Assembly (NCBI GenBank): GCA_029547225.1
Contig: JAKPPS010000032.1
Coordinates: 4,065 to 68,064 of the forward strand
DNA from: a bacterium
GTDB taxonomy: Bacteria; Patescibacteriota; Dojkabacteria; SC72; WJKH01
Length of the DNA stretch: 64,000 nucleotides
Direction of reading: 5' to 3'
In this document: positions 20,061 to 28,857 of the stretch, piece after piece
Layout: the number at the start of each line of letters is the position of its first letter
How positions within the stretch are numbered: position 1 is the first letter of the stretch
Position numbers and translations under genes: made by a program
Notes under the pieces: model-generated
What the model was told of the DNA's origin: nothing
Databases searched by the model: none
What the model saw: the letters and a program-made list of their open reading frames with translations, nothing else

Positions 20061-21407
20061 TTATCTTATAGGATCAGAAGACGGAGCTCCTGAATTAATT
20101 ATTCCAGAAGCTTTTGTAGTCATGACAAAATATACTTCTTCAGTAAAAACACCTGCAGGATTAGCTGATCTTACCTTGCCTTTAACTTTCAAAGCACACT
20201 TACCTGTATAAATTGGACCTTCCGAATAATAAGTGTTCGTCGTTGTCGGATCTTTGCTTATTATCCCAACGTTATCTGTACCACCAAGATATGTACTTGT
20301 ATAGTTTGCAACTGGAGATATTGTTGATAGTTCACCACCATTACCAGTATCGTACTGCTGTGATGAAGTATAGTGCTGTAGCCCAAATCCATCTGTAGAG
20401 GTTGCAAGATCTGCTGTTTTTGATTCAACTGATAAGGTTGTTCCGTCACTTAATCCACCATATTTCCCGAAGTTGCTGATTCTAAAACCAGTTTGGTAAT
20501 TTGTTCCGACATTAAGCCAGATAAGATTATTTGCCTCTTGAATAAAATCTGGAGGTAACACAATGGAAAGATTATGCGGAGGATTGGAGCTTGGTGCTCC
20601 TGAAGTATCTGCAATGTCAATATTCATTTCGAGATAAGGATTTGTTGTTGCTACAGAAGCGTAAGGACCAGGTTCCGATTCAGTAAGGTTACCATGCAAT
20701 GCAGTAGCTCTAATGTAATAAGTTGTACTAGGTGAAATACCTCTTATATTTAAAGTTGTAGCCTCCCATGTTGCTTCTGTTTGATAATCTGCAATTGATT
20801 TTGTACTACTTGCTTTTGGTGCAAATGTAGTACCATCGATAATGCGATATGTCGCGAAAGAGCTATCTGTACTTATCTGTATCGAGTATAGTGTATCGCT
20901 TGGGTTTCCCTGTGGGTCAATTTCAAATCTTGCTCTGTTGTAACATCCGTGAGGTCCACAAACTGTTATCATCCCATCTGATGCTACATATGTAGGTGCA
21001 GTACAACTTGATGAACCAACAGTATCTGTTTCAAAACAGGCAATTTTAGGGACATTGGCGATAAATGCAGGGATTGTTCCATCTTGAGCTTTGTAACTTG
21101 CAGATGTTAGTAGGGTTTCAGCAATCATATCATCGATATTACTTGTTGAAATAAAATTTGATGTAGCAGATGTAGCTTCATCTACCGAACCATAATTTTG
21201 TTTGATTGTCATTTGAAAATTCGGAGAAACTAGTTCTTCGGCATTTACAGGTTTGCTTATAAGGGAGTTATATACCCCAGTGGGTATATCTTGACCTTTA
21301 CTAAAAGAAAATAACTGAGTAACCAACAGATATGTTGATAAGGTGAATAATAGTGATAACAATAATAATTTGAATACCTCAGAATTCATAACCTGTATCT
21401 TTTGCAT
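20061..21407 (-). CDS. Secreted protein with a fibronectin type III-like domain
   Basis: Signal-like N-terminus 'FKLLLLSLLFTLSTYLLV'. The segment 'YSIQISTDSSFATYRIIDGT...STTYYIRATALHGNLTESEPGP' reads like an FN3 domain. The C-terminal strand 'PAGVFTEEVYFVMT' resembles pilin or WxL-type terminal strands. Confidence 0.55.
   Translation of the reverse strand: MQKIQVMNSEVFKLLLLSLLFTLSTYLLVTQLFSFSKGQDIPTGVYNSLISKPVNAEELVSPNFQMTIKQNYGSVDEATSATSNFISTSNIDDMIAETLLTSASYKAQDGTIPAFIANVPKIACFETDTVGSSSCTAPTYVASDGMITVCGPHGCYNRARFEIDPQGNPSDTLYSIQISTDSSFATYRIIDGTTFAPKASSTKSIADYQTEATWEATTLNIRGISPSTTYYIRATALHGNLTESEPGPYASVATTNPYLEMNIDIADTSGAPSSNPPHNLSIVLPPDFIQEANNLIWLNVGTNYQTGFRISNFGKYGGLSDGTTLSVESKTADLATSTDGFGLQHYTSSQQYDTGNGGELSTISPVANYTSTYLGGTDNVGIISKDPTTTNTYYSEGPIYTGKCALKVKGKVRSANPAGVFTEEVYFVMTTKASGIINSGAPSSDPIR
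21270..21289. repeat. 20-bp palindrome ATATACCCCAGTGGGTATAT (site 2, inside the 448-aa surface protein gene)
   Basis: It has the ATATAC-N8-GTATAT format with 8-bp perfect arms ATATACCC/GGGTATAT. It encodes D-I-P-T-G-V-Y on the minus strand. Confidence 0.85.
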
Positions 21408-21684
21408 TTTTGGAGGCAGAATAGATCAAATAAATTATAACTAAATATATCATATATCAGTATAGATTAGTACTTTAATTAATAATTTTTATGATAAGAA
21501 TTATTTTAAGATAGGTGGTTTCTTTGATATCTATTAAACTTTATGCTAAAATTACCTCTAGCACTTAAAATATTAGTTGTGAATATCAGGCTCACAGATT
21601 TCTATTTTAACGAGATTTGAGTCAAAGTATTTACTTCTTGAAAACATTGAGTATTGCTCTTTCTTTGTAGAAAAATTGTATTTT

Positions 21685-21773
21685 GGAGAGGTGTCAGAGT
21701 GGTCGAATGAGACGGTCTTGAAAACCGTTAAGGGGGGCAACCTCCTTCGCAGGTTCAAATCCTGTCCTCTCCG
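21685..21773 (+). tRNA. tRNA-Ser (anticodon UGA)
   Basis: Acceptor GGAGAGG/CCTCTCC, anticodon arm ACGGT-CTTGAAA-ACCGT (anticodon TGA), a long variable arm and T-arm GCAGGTTCAAATCCTGT. CCA is not encoded. Confidence 0.9.
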
Positions 21774-21987
21774 TATCACCATAATATCGATTTATTTGAG
21801 AAGTAGTGGAAGGTATTCCAGAATCGCTCGCTGGGTATCAAAAAAAAGGTGCGTGTTAAGTACAGATGTGAGTCTTCACGAAGTGAAGTGTTCTCGAGAT
21901 TCCCAAAGAATGAGATGTAAAACATCGAAATGATTTGTAGGTATCGAATTGGCAGTCCTTAAAAAATTTTTTGTGTTCTGCCTGGTT

Positions 21988-22001
21988 CCTGTCCTCTCCG
22001 T
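21988..22001 (+). repeat. Direct repeat of the tRNA-Ser 3' end (CCTGTCCTCTCCGT)
   Basis: It is a 14-nt exact copy of 21761..21774 and is preceded by GGTTC, which also matches the T-arm. It lies 214 nt downstream of the tRNA. Confidence 0.8.
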
Positions 22002-22030
22002 GTTTCTCAATAATTTTATCTTAACAAAAT

Positions 22031-22495
22031 ATGAAAGCATTAAAATACATTTTGATTATCCTCGCAGGATTAGTAGCCATTGCGCTTGTTATATTTGTAG
22101 TATTATTCATAATAGTAAATTTCGGAGGGATTGAAAAAAGGGTTATTGGTACTGCTCAATCAACTAATAGCAATCATGAGATTGAAGTTATTTACAGGAA
22201 TGATGGGGGTTCTTACGCTCCTAACAAGGGCGGAATTCATGTCGATGTTTATCTTATAAAGAAGGGTATTTTCCGCACAAAAACAGAAATAACTAATCTT
22301 GTTGGAGGAGTAATCCCATGTAGTTCTTCGTTTGGTGCTTGTTCAATAAATTTCACCGATGGTGAAACCTCAACTTGTGCTGGAAAAGCATGGACAAATG
22401 ATGATGGGAGTCAGGGTTGTGTATCAAAGGATTTGGAAGATTTTGAAATTAAAGAGGGCAAGCTGTATTGGTATGGCGAAGTTTTCGAGCTGTAA
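22031..22495 (+). CDS. Hypothetical small membrane-anchored, Cys-containing protein
   Basis: N-terminal TM 'ILIILAGLVAIALVIFVVLFIIV' is followed by a domain of about 115 aa containing 4 Cys. I recognise no family. Confidence 0.55.
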   Translation: MKALKYILIILAGLVAIALVIFVVLFIIVNFGGIEKRVIGTAQSTNSNHEIEVIYRNDGGSYAPNKGGIHVDVYLIKKGIFRTKTEITNLVGGVIPCSSSFGACSINFTDGETSTCAGKAWTNDDGSQGCVSKDLEDFEIKEGKLYWYGEVFEL

Positions 22496-22617
22496 AAAAA
22501 TCAGTGTCGGATTAATTGCTAATTCCCAAACTAAAAGAATTCTCGTGGAGTTTTCGAAACGAAGCTTATTATTATCGTATCTATTAGTTGAATCTCGGTG
22601 AATTTTGAAACTAATTA

Positions 22618-24945
22618 TTATTCAACAAAGATTTTGATATCAACAGCAAAAACATCATCTTGAGTAACAAGAAGTGGATTAATATCTACAGAAACAATTT
22701 CTGGGTAGAGTAAAATCATTTTCTGTACTGCAAGTATTGCTTTTACTACTTTATCAGTCGCTAATGGGGAGTTCCCTCGTGCACCATTCAATATGTTAAA
22801 TATTTTTGTCTTGCTCAGATTTGTTAAAACTGATTTCTCGTCAGTAGGCGCAAGTGAATAAACGATATCCTTATAAATTTCTGTATAAATACCACCTTGA
22901 CCGTATGCTATAAGGTGACCAAAGCCAGGATTATTATTCTCGTAAACATTTTTATCGCCATCACGATTAGCACCGATGAAGATCTGCTCTTTGTATGAAA
23001 TTTGTTTCTGGACTAGTATCTCGATGCCGCCCTTATAGTTTTCTCCTTGTATTTCTCGAATTGTATTTTCGAGCTTTCTGTACGCATCGATAAATTCCTG
23101 CTCATTATTAATATTTGTATAAAGGGCTTTCTTATCAGTCTTGTGAGGTATTGCACGGTTCGTTGCTTTAATAACAACCGGAAAATTTTCTTTTGCAAAC
23201 TCAAGAGCATCTTCAATATTTCTTGATACTTTTTGTGCAGTCATCGGTAAACCTGCTTCAATGGCGATTTTATATGATAGATCCTCACTTAGAATGATAG
23301 GTCCTTTTGCGCTTTCGGTACTCATTTCATTACTATCGAACTCCTCGCTAAGTGATTTAAATTGACGATTATTTCTCATTTTGGATATTTCTTCGGAGGA
23401 AATAGTTATATTTTCTTCGTTGTTTCTTTCTAAGTAATTGATGTGGATCGCTAATTGTTCGACAGCTTCAGTAATATCCGTATATACGGGGATTTTATTA
23501 TCAAGAAAATCTTGGATTGCTGCGAGCATATGTTTCTTACCAAGTAGGACAGGGTATATCGGCTTATCATATTTCCTTGATGCAAGAATAATTGATCTTG
23601 TTGTATCCTCAATCTGTGTTACTAACTGGGGTGTAATAAGTACGAAAATAGCATCTACTTCAGGGGCTTTTGCAAGTATATCTATAGAATTTCTGTATCG
23701 ATCGGCTAAAGCATCTCCGATGACATCTACAGGATTATGAATGTTAGAAGAAGGTGGCAAAATTTCTCCGAGCTCGGCTTGAGTTTGTTCGGATAGAACG
23801 GCAATTTTTAGACCGTTTTTAATTATCTGATCGGTTGCAATAATTCCTGGACCTCCAGCATTAGTTACAATGGCAACATTTCTTCCGGCTGGCCTCTTGC
23901 CCCATGCAAAACTCATAAGCAGTGAGTACATTTGGTTAAAATCGCAAGCTTCGATAACATTATTCTGCTCTAGAGCAGTTTTAAATGTTTCTATGCTGCC
24001 TGCTAATGCACCCGTATGTGATGCGATAGCCTTTTTCGCTTGTTCGGTTTGTCCTGGTTTTAAAACGATGACAGGTTTTTTGTTTTTACATTTTTTAATT
24101 GCTTCAATAAAATCTCGTCCATATTTTATCTCTTCTAAATATGCACCTATTACTTTAATATCGTTGTCGTCGGACCAGAGCTCTATTAATTCAACTTCGT
24201 TTACATCAGCTTTATTTCCAAAAGATACAAAATCTCTGAAACCTAAATTGTCGGGTATCGCGGAGTCGAGTAGAGCAGTACATATAGCTCCAGATTGAGA
24301 TAAAAACGCAATATTCCCAGTTGTGGGCATACCTGTTGCAAAAGAAGCGTTGAGTTTTGTCGAGGGACTAATCACACCTAAACAGTTTGGTCCAATTATT
24401 CTAATATTTGCATCCTTTGCTATTGTTACAATTTCTTTTTCTAACTCTGCACCAGCTTCTCCTGTTTCCTTAAATCCCGACGAGATGATTATTACTGCTT
24501 GTACTTTTTTTGCAGCGCAATCTTTCATAGCATCTAAAACATATTGTGATGGGATAACGATAATCGCAAGCTCTATCGGTTCATCTATATCAGTAATTTT
24601 TGCATATGCTTGATAATTAAATAGCTCTGTATATTTGGGATTGATGGGGTAGAGCTTTCCTTTGTATCCTCCGAAGATAAGGTTATTGAACACGACCGAG
24701 CCTAATTTTGAAGGATCTTCTGAAACACCAAATACCGCTATACTTTTTGGCTTAAAGAAGTAATCTAGAGAATCTTGATTTTTGCTAAACATATTTTTAT
24801 GAGTATTATTTAAATTATTAGTAGAAAAAATATTTTTTGGACCAGATAATTTAATTTCATCAGTGCCTTTTATGTTGTTCGATGACGTTTTACTTATTCC
24901 AGATAACAGCTCTGATAATTTGTCAAAAATATCATCATTCTTCAT
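22618..24945 (-). CDS. Acetate--CoA ligase (ADP-forming), fused alpha/beta type
   Basis: It has the CoA-binding start 'FFKPKSIAVFGVSEDPSKLG', succinyl-CoA-synthetase-like segments ('IIGPNCLGV', 'GNIAFLSQSGA') and a C-terminal ATP-grasp part. An alternative start at Met52 (24792) would remove an Asn/Ser-rich leader. Confidence 0.85.
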   Translation of the reverse strand: MKNDDIFDKLSELLSGISKTSSNNIKGTDEIKLSGPKNIFSTNNLNNTHKNMFSKNQDSLDYFFKPKSIAVFGVSEDPSKLGSVVFNNLIFGGYKGKLYPINPKYTELFNYQAYAKITDIDEPIELAIIVIPSQYVLDAMKDCAAKKVQAVIIISSGFKETGEAGAELEKEIVTIAKDANIRIIGPNCLGVISPSTKLNASFATGMPTTGNIAFLSQSGAICTALLDSAIPDNLGFRDFVSFGNKADVNEVELIELWSDDNDIKVIGAYLEEIKYGRDFIEAIKKCKNKKPVIVLKPGQTEQAKKAIASHTGALAGSIETFKTALEQNNVIEACDFNQMYSLLMSFAWGKRPAGRNVAIVTNAGGPGIIATDQIIKNGLKIAVLSEQTQAELGEILPPSSNIHNPVDVIGDALADRYRNSIDILAKAPEVDAIFVLITPQLVTQIEDTTRSIILASRKYDKPIYPVLLGKKHMLAAIQDFLDNKIPVYTDITEAVEQLAIHINYLERNNEENITISSEEISKMRNNRQFKSLSEEFDSNEMSTESAKGPIILSEDLSYKIAIEAGLPMTAQKVSRNIEDALEFAKENFPVVIKATNRAIPHKTDKKALYTNINNEQEFIDAYRKLENTIREIQGENYKGGIEILVQKQISYKEQIFIGANRDGDKNVYENNNPGFGHLIAYGQGGIYTEIYKDIVYSLAPTDEKSVLTNLSKTKIFNILNGARGNSPLATDKVVKAILAVQKMILLYPEIVSVDINPLLVTQDDVFAVDIKIFVE

Positions 24946-25127
24946 ATTCTTGGATGTTTATAGAGGTAAATGAAAATTGCTTGTGAACAGATCTACAAAA
25001 TATCTATCAGTTATTGGTGTAAATAAAGGCAGGTTTTTATCTATTCAATATTAGCATATCACTTGTTATGAAATGATTCAAATGATATATTGATATAGAT
25101 AAAATAATATTTATTTTTAAAGGCGAA

Positions 25128-27536
25128 ATGCAAAACAGTTATTCAAATAATCAGATGGTAGGTGGGTCAATAGCTCCTACTACAAATGGAAATAGTTTTG
25201 ATGGTCATGATAATACACAAAAGTTTAAGACAGGTTTATGGCAGGAGGATATCGATGTCCGTGATTTTATACAAAAAAATTATACTCCATATGAAGGCGA
25301 TGAAACTTTTCTAGCTCCAGCAACGGATCGTACTAAGAAATTGTGGGAAAAGGTGTCAGGTTTAATCAAGGAAGAATTAGAAAAGGGAATACTTGATCTT
25401 GATGTTAATACGCCTTCAAGCATAACAAGTCATGCTCCTGGTTATATAGATAGAGAGAATGAAATAATTGTGGGTTTGCAAACAGATGCACCACTTAAGA
25501 GGTCGATAAAGCCGAATGGGGGTATTAGATTAGTCGAGAAAGCAGCCGAAAGTTATGGTTATACGATTCCTCAGGAAGTCATCGATATCTTTACGAAACA
25601 TCGTAAAACTCATAATGATGGCGTTTTCAGTGCTTATACAGATGAAATCAAACTTCTAAGATCTCATCATGTAATCACTGGCCTTCCGGACAATTATGGA
25701 CGAGGTAGGATAATTGGAGATTATCGTCGATTAGCGTTATATGGTACTTCACGTCTGATAGAACAAAGAAAAAATTATCTTTCTCAAATGAGCAATACTC
25801 AATCAGAAGAGAATATCCGTGCAAGGGAAGAGATTTTCGAACAAATAGAAGCGTTACAAGACATAGAAAAGATGGCAAAAGAGTATGGTTATGATGTATC
25901 GAGGCCAGCAACAAACAGTAAAGAGGCGTTGCAATGGATCTACTTTGCATATTTGTCAGCTAACAAACAACAAGATGGCGCAGCAATGTCACTTGGCCGT
26001 ATCGACGCATTTTTAGACATCTATTTCAATCAAGATCTTGAAAACGGTCTTTTTGATGAAGCTCAAATCCAGGAGATGATAGATGATTTTGTAATAAAAC
26101 TCAGAATAATCCGACATTTACGCCCACCTGAATATAATGAACTATTTGCTGGGGATCCAATATGGGTTACCATGGTTTTTGGTGGTATCGGTATCGATGG
26201 AAGGAATATGGTTACTAAAACAGCATATAGATTTCTACATACGCTGAGCAATTTGGGTCCTGCTCCCGAACCCAATCTAACGGTATTGTGGGCAGATCTT
26301 TTGCCTGCTAACTGGAAGAAGTATTGTGCAAAACAATCAATCAGATTCAGCTCGATCCAATATGAGAATGATGACATCATGAAGGAGTACTATGGAGACG
26401 ACTATGGAATCGCGTGTTGTGTTTCTGGCATGAAATTAGGTAAGGAGATGCAATTCTTTGGAGCCAGAGCTAATCTCGCTAAGACTTTACTTTTGGCAAT
26501 TAATGGAGGTAAAACAGAGCCGATGTTGAAATCTAATGCGCTATCTGGTGTGAGTTATTCCGGAAGTATAATCAATGGCCAACAAGGAGATAACAAAGCT
26601 TCTGAAGAAGAAGAAAAGGCTAGGGGTGGTATAACGATTTTTGAAGGTCTAAAGCCATTAAATCAGAGCGAATATTTACAATATGACCAGGTTTGGGATC
26701 AGTTTTTGTTAGTTCTGGATAAAGTAGCAAAGGTTTATGTTGATGCTTTAAATACAATCCATTACATGCATGACAAATACCATTACGAAAGTGCCGAGAT
26801 GGCTTTTCATGATGTAGATGTCAAAAGGTGGCTAGCTTGTGGTATCGCTGGATTATCAATAGTCGCCGACTCACTGAGTGCAATAAAGTATGCGAAAGTT
26901 AAACCAGTATGGAATGAGTTTGGAGTTGCTGAAGATTACATCATCGAAGGAGATTACCCTAAATATGGTAATGACGATGATCGAGTTGATGAAATAGCTG
27001 TTGAGATATGTAAGGAAGTTATAACTGCATTGAGAAGATATGAAGCATATAGAGATTCTATACATACATTGTCAGTGCTTACAATCACTTCAAATGTTGT
27101 GTATGGTAAGGCTACGGGTGCAACTCCAGATGGTCGAGACGCTGGAGTACCATTTGCTCCAGGTGCTAATCCTATGCATGGTCGAGATGCTAATGGTGCG
27201 GTCGCATCACTAAATTCGGTCGCTAAAATCCCTTATAAATACTGTCAAGATGGTATTTCAAACACATTTTCGGTTGTACCTACCACATTGGGGGCTGATA
27301 TAGAAACGCAGAGTCAAAACCTAGTTGCGTTGATGGATGGATATTTTGTAGCTCATGGAGCCCATCATCTTAATGTAAATGTACTTACAAGAGAGCTATT
27401 GCTAGATGCACAGCAAAGTCCTGAAAAATATCCGCAATTAACAATCAGAGTAAGTGGTTACGCGGTATTATTTAATAGACTTAGTAAAATACAACAAGAT
27501 GAAGTAATTGCTCGTACATTTCATACAAGATTGTAA
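25128..27536 (+). CDS. pflB: Formate C-acetyltransferase (pyruvate formate-lyase)
   Basis: It has the catalytic Cys-Cys 'GIACCVSG' and the glycyl-radical motif '[12 protein letters not shown]'. The length (802 aa) fits. Confidence 0.93.
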   Translation: MQNSYSNNQMVGGSIAPTTNGNSFDGHDNTQKFKTGLWQEDIDVRDFIQKNYTPYEGDETFLAPATDRTKKLWEKVSGLIKEELEKGILDLDVNTPSSITSHAPGYIDRENEIIVGLQTDAPLKRSIKPNGGIRLVEKAAESYGYTIPQEVIDIFTKHRKTHNDGVFSAYTDEIKLLRSHHVITGLPDNYGRGRIIGDYRRLALYGTSRLIEQRKNYLSQMSNTQSEENIRAREEIFEQIEALQDIEKMAKEYGYDVSRPATNSKEALQWIYFAYLSANKQQDGAAMSLGRIDAFLDIYFNQDLENGLFDEAQIQEMIDDFVIKLRIIRHLRPPEYNELFAGDPIWVTMVFGGIGIDGRNMVTKTAYRFLHTLSNLGPAPEPNLTVLWADLLPANWKKYCAKQSIRFSSIQYENDDIMKEYYGDDYGIACCVSGMKLGKEMQFFGARANLAKTLLLAINGGKTEPMLKSNALSGVSYSGSIINGQQGDNKASEEEEKARGGITIFEGLKPLNQSEYLQYDQVWDQFLLVLDKVAKVYVDALNTIHYMHDKYHYESAEMAFHDVDVKRWLACGIAGLSIVADSLSAIKYAKVKPVWNEFGVAEDYIIEGDYPKYGNDDDRVDEIAVEICKEVITALRRYEAYRDSIHTLSVLTITSNVVYGKATGATPDGRDAGVPFAPGANPMHGRDANGAVASLNSVAKIPYKYCQDGISNTFSVVPTTLGADIETQSQNLVALMDGYFVAHGAHHLNVNVLTRELLLDAQQSPEKYPQLTIRVSGYAVLFNRLSKIQQDEVIARTFHTRL

Positions 27537-27607
27537 TTGTACCAATAAGCTAATTGAAACATTGGGATTATTCTACAAATAATTTATATGTTAGTATTCT
27601 GAGCGAG

Positions 27608-28468
27608 ATGGATAATAAGTCGATAAAAGGGAAGATACATTCGATTGAATCTTTTTCTACAATAGATGGCCCTGGTATTAGGTCGGTACTTTTTATGTCT
27701 GGCTGTTTTTTGAAATGTCCATTTTGTCACAATATTGATGTTGTACTTAATCCGGCTAATCAAGTAAGCGAGCCTGCAGAAATATTGCAGTATCTTAAAA
27801 AGTTTTCAGATTATTGGGGTGATGATGGAGGTATCACCTTAAGTGGGGGAGATCCTTTAGTTCAGATTGAGTTTACGCAGGAGATTACAAAGTTAGCTAT
27901 AGGTGAGGGGATTAATGTCACTATCGATACGGCTTTGATAAGTGATGAGTCTAGCTTCCGATATCTAATGGATGCTTTATATACCCCTGGGGGTATATCG
28001 GACAGTACATTACGGGGGTTAGAATCTGATATTCCTGCCAATCGTGGAAAAATATTTTGGATGTCTTCTTTTAAACCACATATCTTTGCAAAAGACACTC
28101 CAGGTTATAATTTAGATAATTTTCTTGCTAATCTAAGGGCGCTTATTGATCGAATAAGGTTATCAGAGAGGGTAAGTTTGAGGATAAGGTATGTTGTTAT
28201 AAAGGGTTTTACAGATAATCTTGAGGCATGTAATGAATTGGTTGAACTTCTTTCTCAAATCGATGTGCCGTTTGAATTAGAACTTCTGCCGTATGTTAGT
28301 TGGGGTGAGAAAAAATGGGCCGATCAGGGTTTGGAGTATTTGCTTAAGGGTTTAAGTAGTACAAACCATGAGGAATTAATGCAATTTCGTAATATGGTGG
28401 AGCAACAGGTGAAAGATAGAAACCTATCAAATGTTACTAAGATAATGCCACTAATACAGAATAAATAG
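27608..28468 (+). CDS. pflA: Pyruvate formate-lyase activating enzyme (radical SAM)
   Basis: It has 'IESFSTIDGPGIRSVLFMSGCFLKCPFCHN' (CX3CX2C). I prefer the ATG at 27608 over the tracked TTG at 27554. It carries an insertion of about 20 to 40 aa relative to my memory of E. coli PflA. Confidence 0.88.
   Translation: MDNKSIKGKIHSIESFSTIDGPGIRSVLFMSGCFLKCPFCHNIDVVLNPANQVSEPAEILQYLKKFSDYWGDDGGITLSGGDPLVQIEFTQEITKLAIGEGINVTIDTALISDESSFRYLMDALYTPGGISDSTLRGLESDIPANRGKIFWMSSFKPHIFAKDTPGYNLDNFLANLRALIDRIRLSERVSLRIRYVVIKGFTDNLEACNELVELLSQIDVPFELELLPYVSWGEKKWADQGLEYLLKGLSSTNHEELMQFRNMVEQQVKDRNLSNVTKIMPLIQNK
27979..27998. repeat. 20-bp palindrome ATATACCCCTGGGGGTATAT (site 3, inside pflA)
   Basis: It has the ATATAC-N8-GTATAT format with one central mismatch. 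It is read in frame as Y-T-P-G-G-I-S, the same heptapeptide as site 1. Confidence 0.9.
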
Positions 28469-28516
28469 GTTTTTGCTTTAATTAGTAATGTTATTTTTTC
28501 CCATAAATATATTTAT

Positions 28517-28599
28517 ATAACCGACCGTTTTACAGCCAAATTTCCCATCACCATTACAATCCGTGCGCTACTTTTCAGAATTGTCGCTTTACACTTTTA
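28517..28599 (+). repeat. Dispersed intergenic repeat of about 83 nt, copy C
   Basis: ataaCCGACCGTTTTACAg...TCACCATTACAATCC...ttGTCGCTTTACACtttta begins 49 nt after the pflA stop. Confidence 0.75.
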
Positions 28600-28638
28600 C
28601 TCTAAGGATTATCTCAAATAGTAGGAATCTTATCTTTT

Positions 28639-28720
28639 CTGTTGTGATAGCCTTATTTTGTTAGAAAGCTCAAGGTTTGTAATGGTAAAGAGGTTTTTAA
28701 GCAGGGAAAGCATGGTTATA
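28639..28720 (-). repeat. Dispersed intergenic repeat of about 83 nt, copy E (inverted partner of C)
   Basis: The minus strand reads ataaccatgctttccctg...TACCATTACAAACC...ggctatcacaacag. It resembles copy B and lies tail-to-tail with copy C, 39 nt apart. Confidence 0.7.
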
Positions 28721-28857
28721 TAATTCATTTTTTATTCATATATATTTAATAGCTATGTTTTAACATTAAGTAATAAATTTAATGTCGGACAGAAATAACT
28801 AATTCCGTAAATCAAAATCGCTCAAATAGATTATATCGCTACGATAATCTTGAAAAT

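Noticed and set aside
21573-21933. ORFs 21573..21782 (-) and 21676..21933 (+).
   Set aside because: Both read through the tRNA-Ser gene at 21685..21773 and have no supporting features.
21774-21987. Prophage or integrative island at tRNA-Ser.
   Set aside because: The segment between the direct repeats is only about 213 nt, with no integrase or any ORF. I kept it only as a possible scar (see findings).
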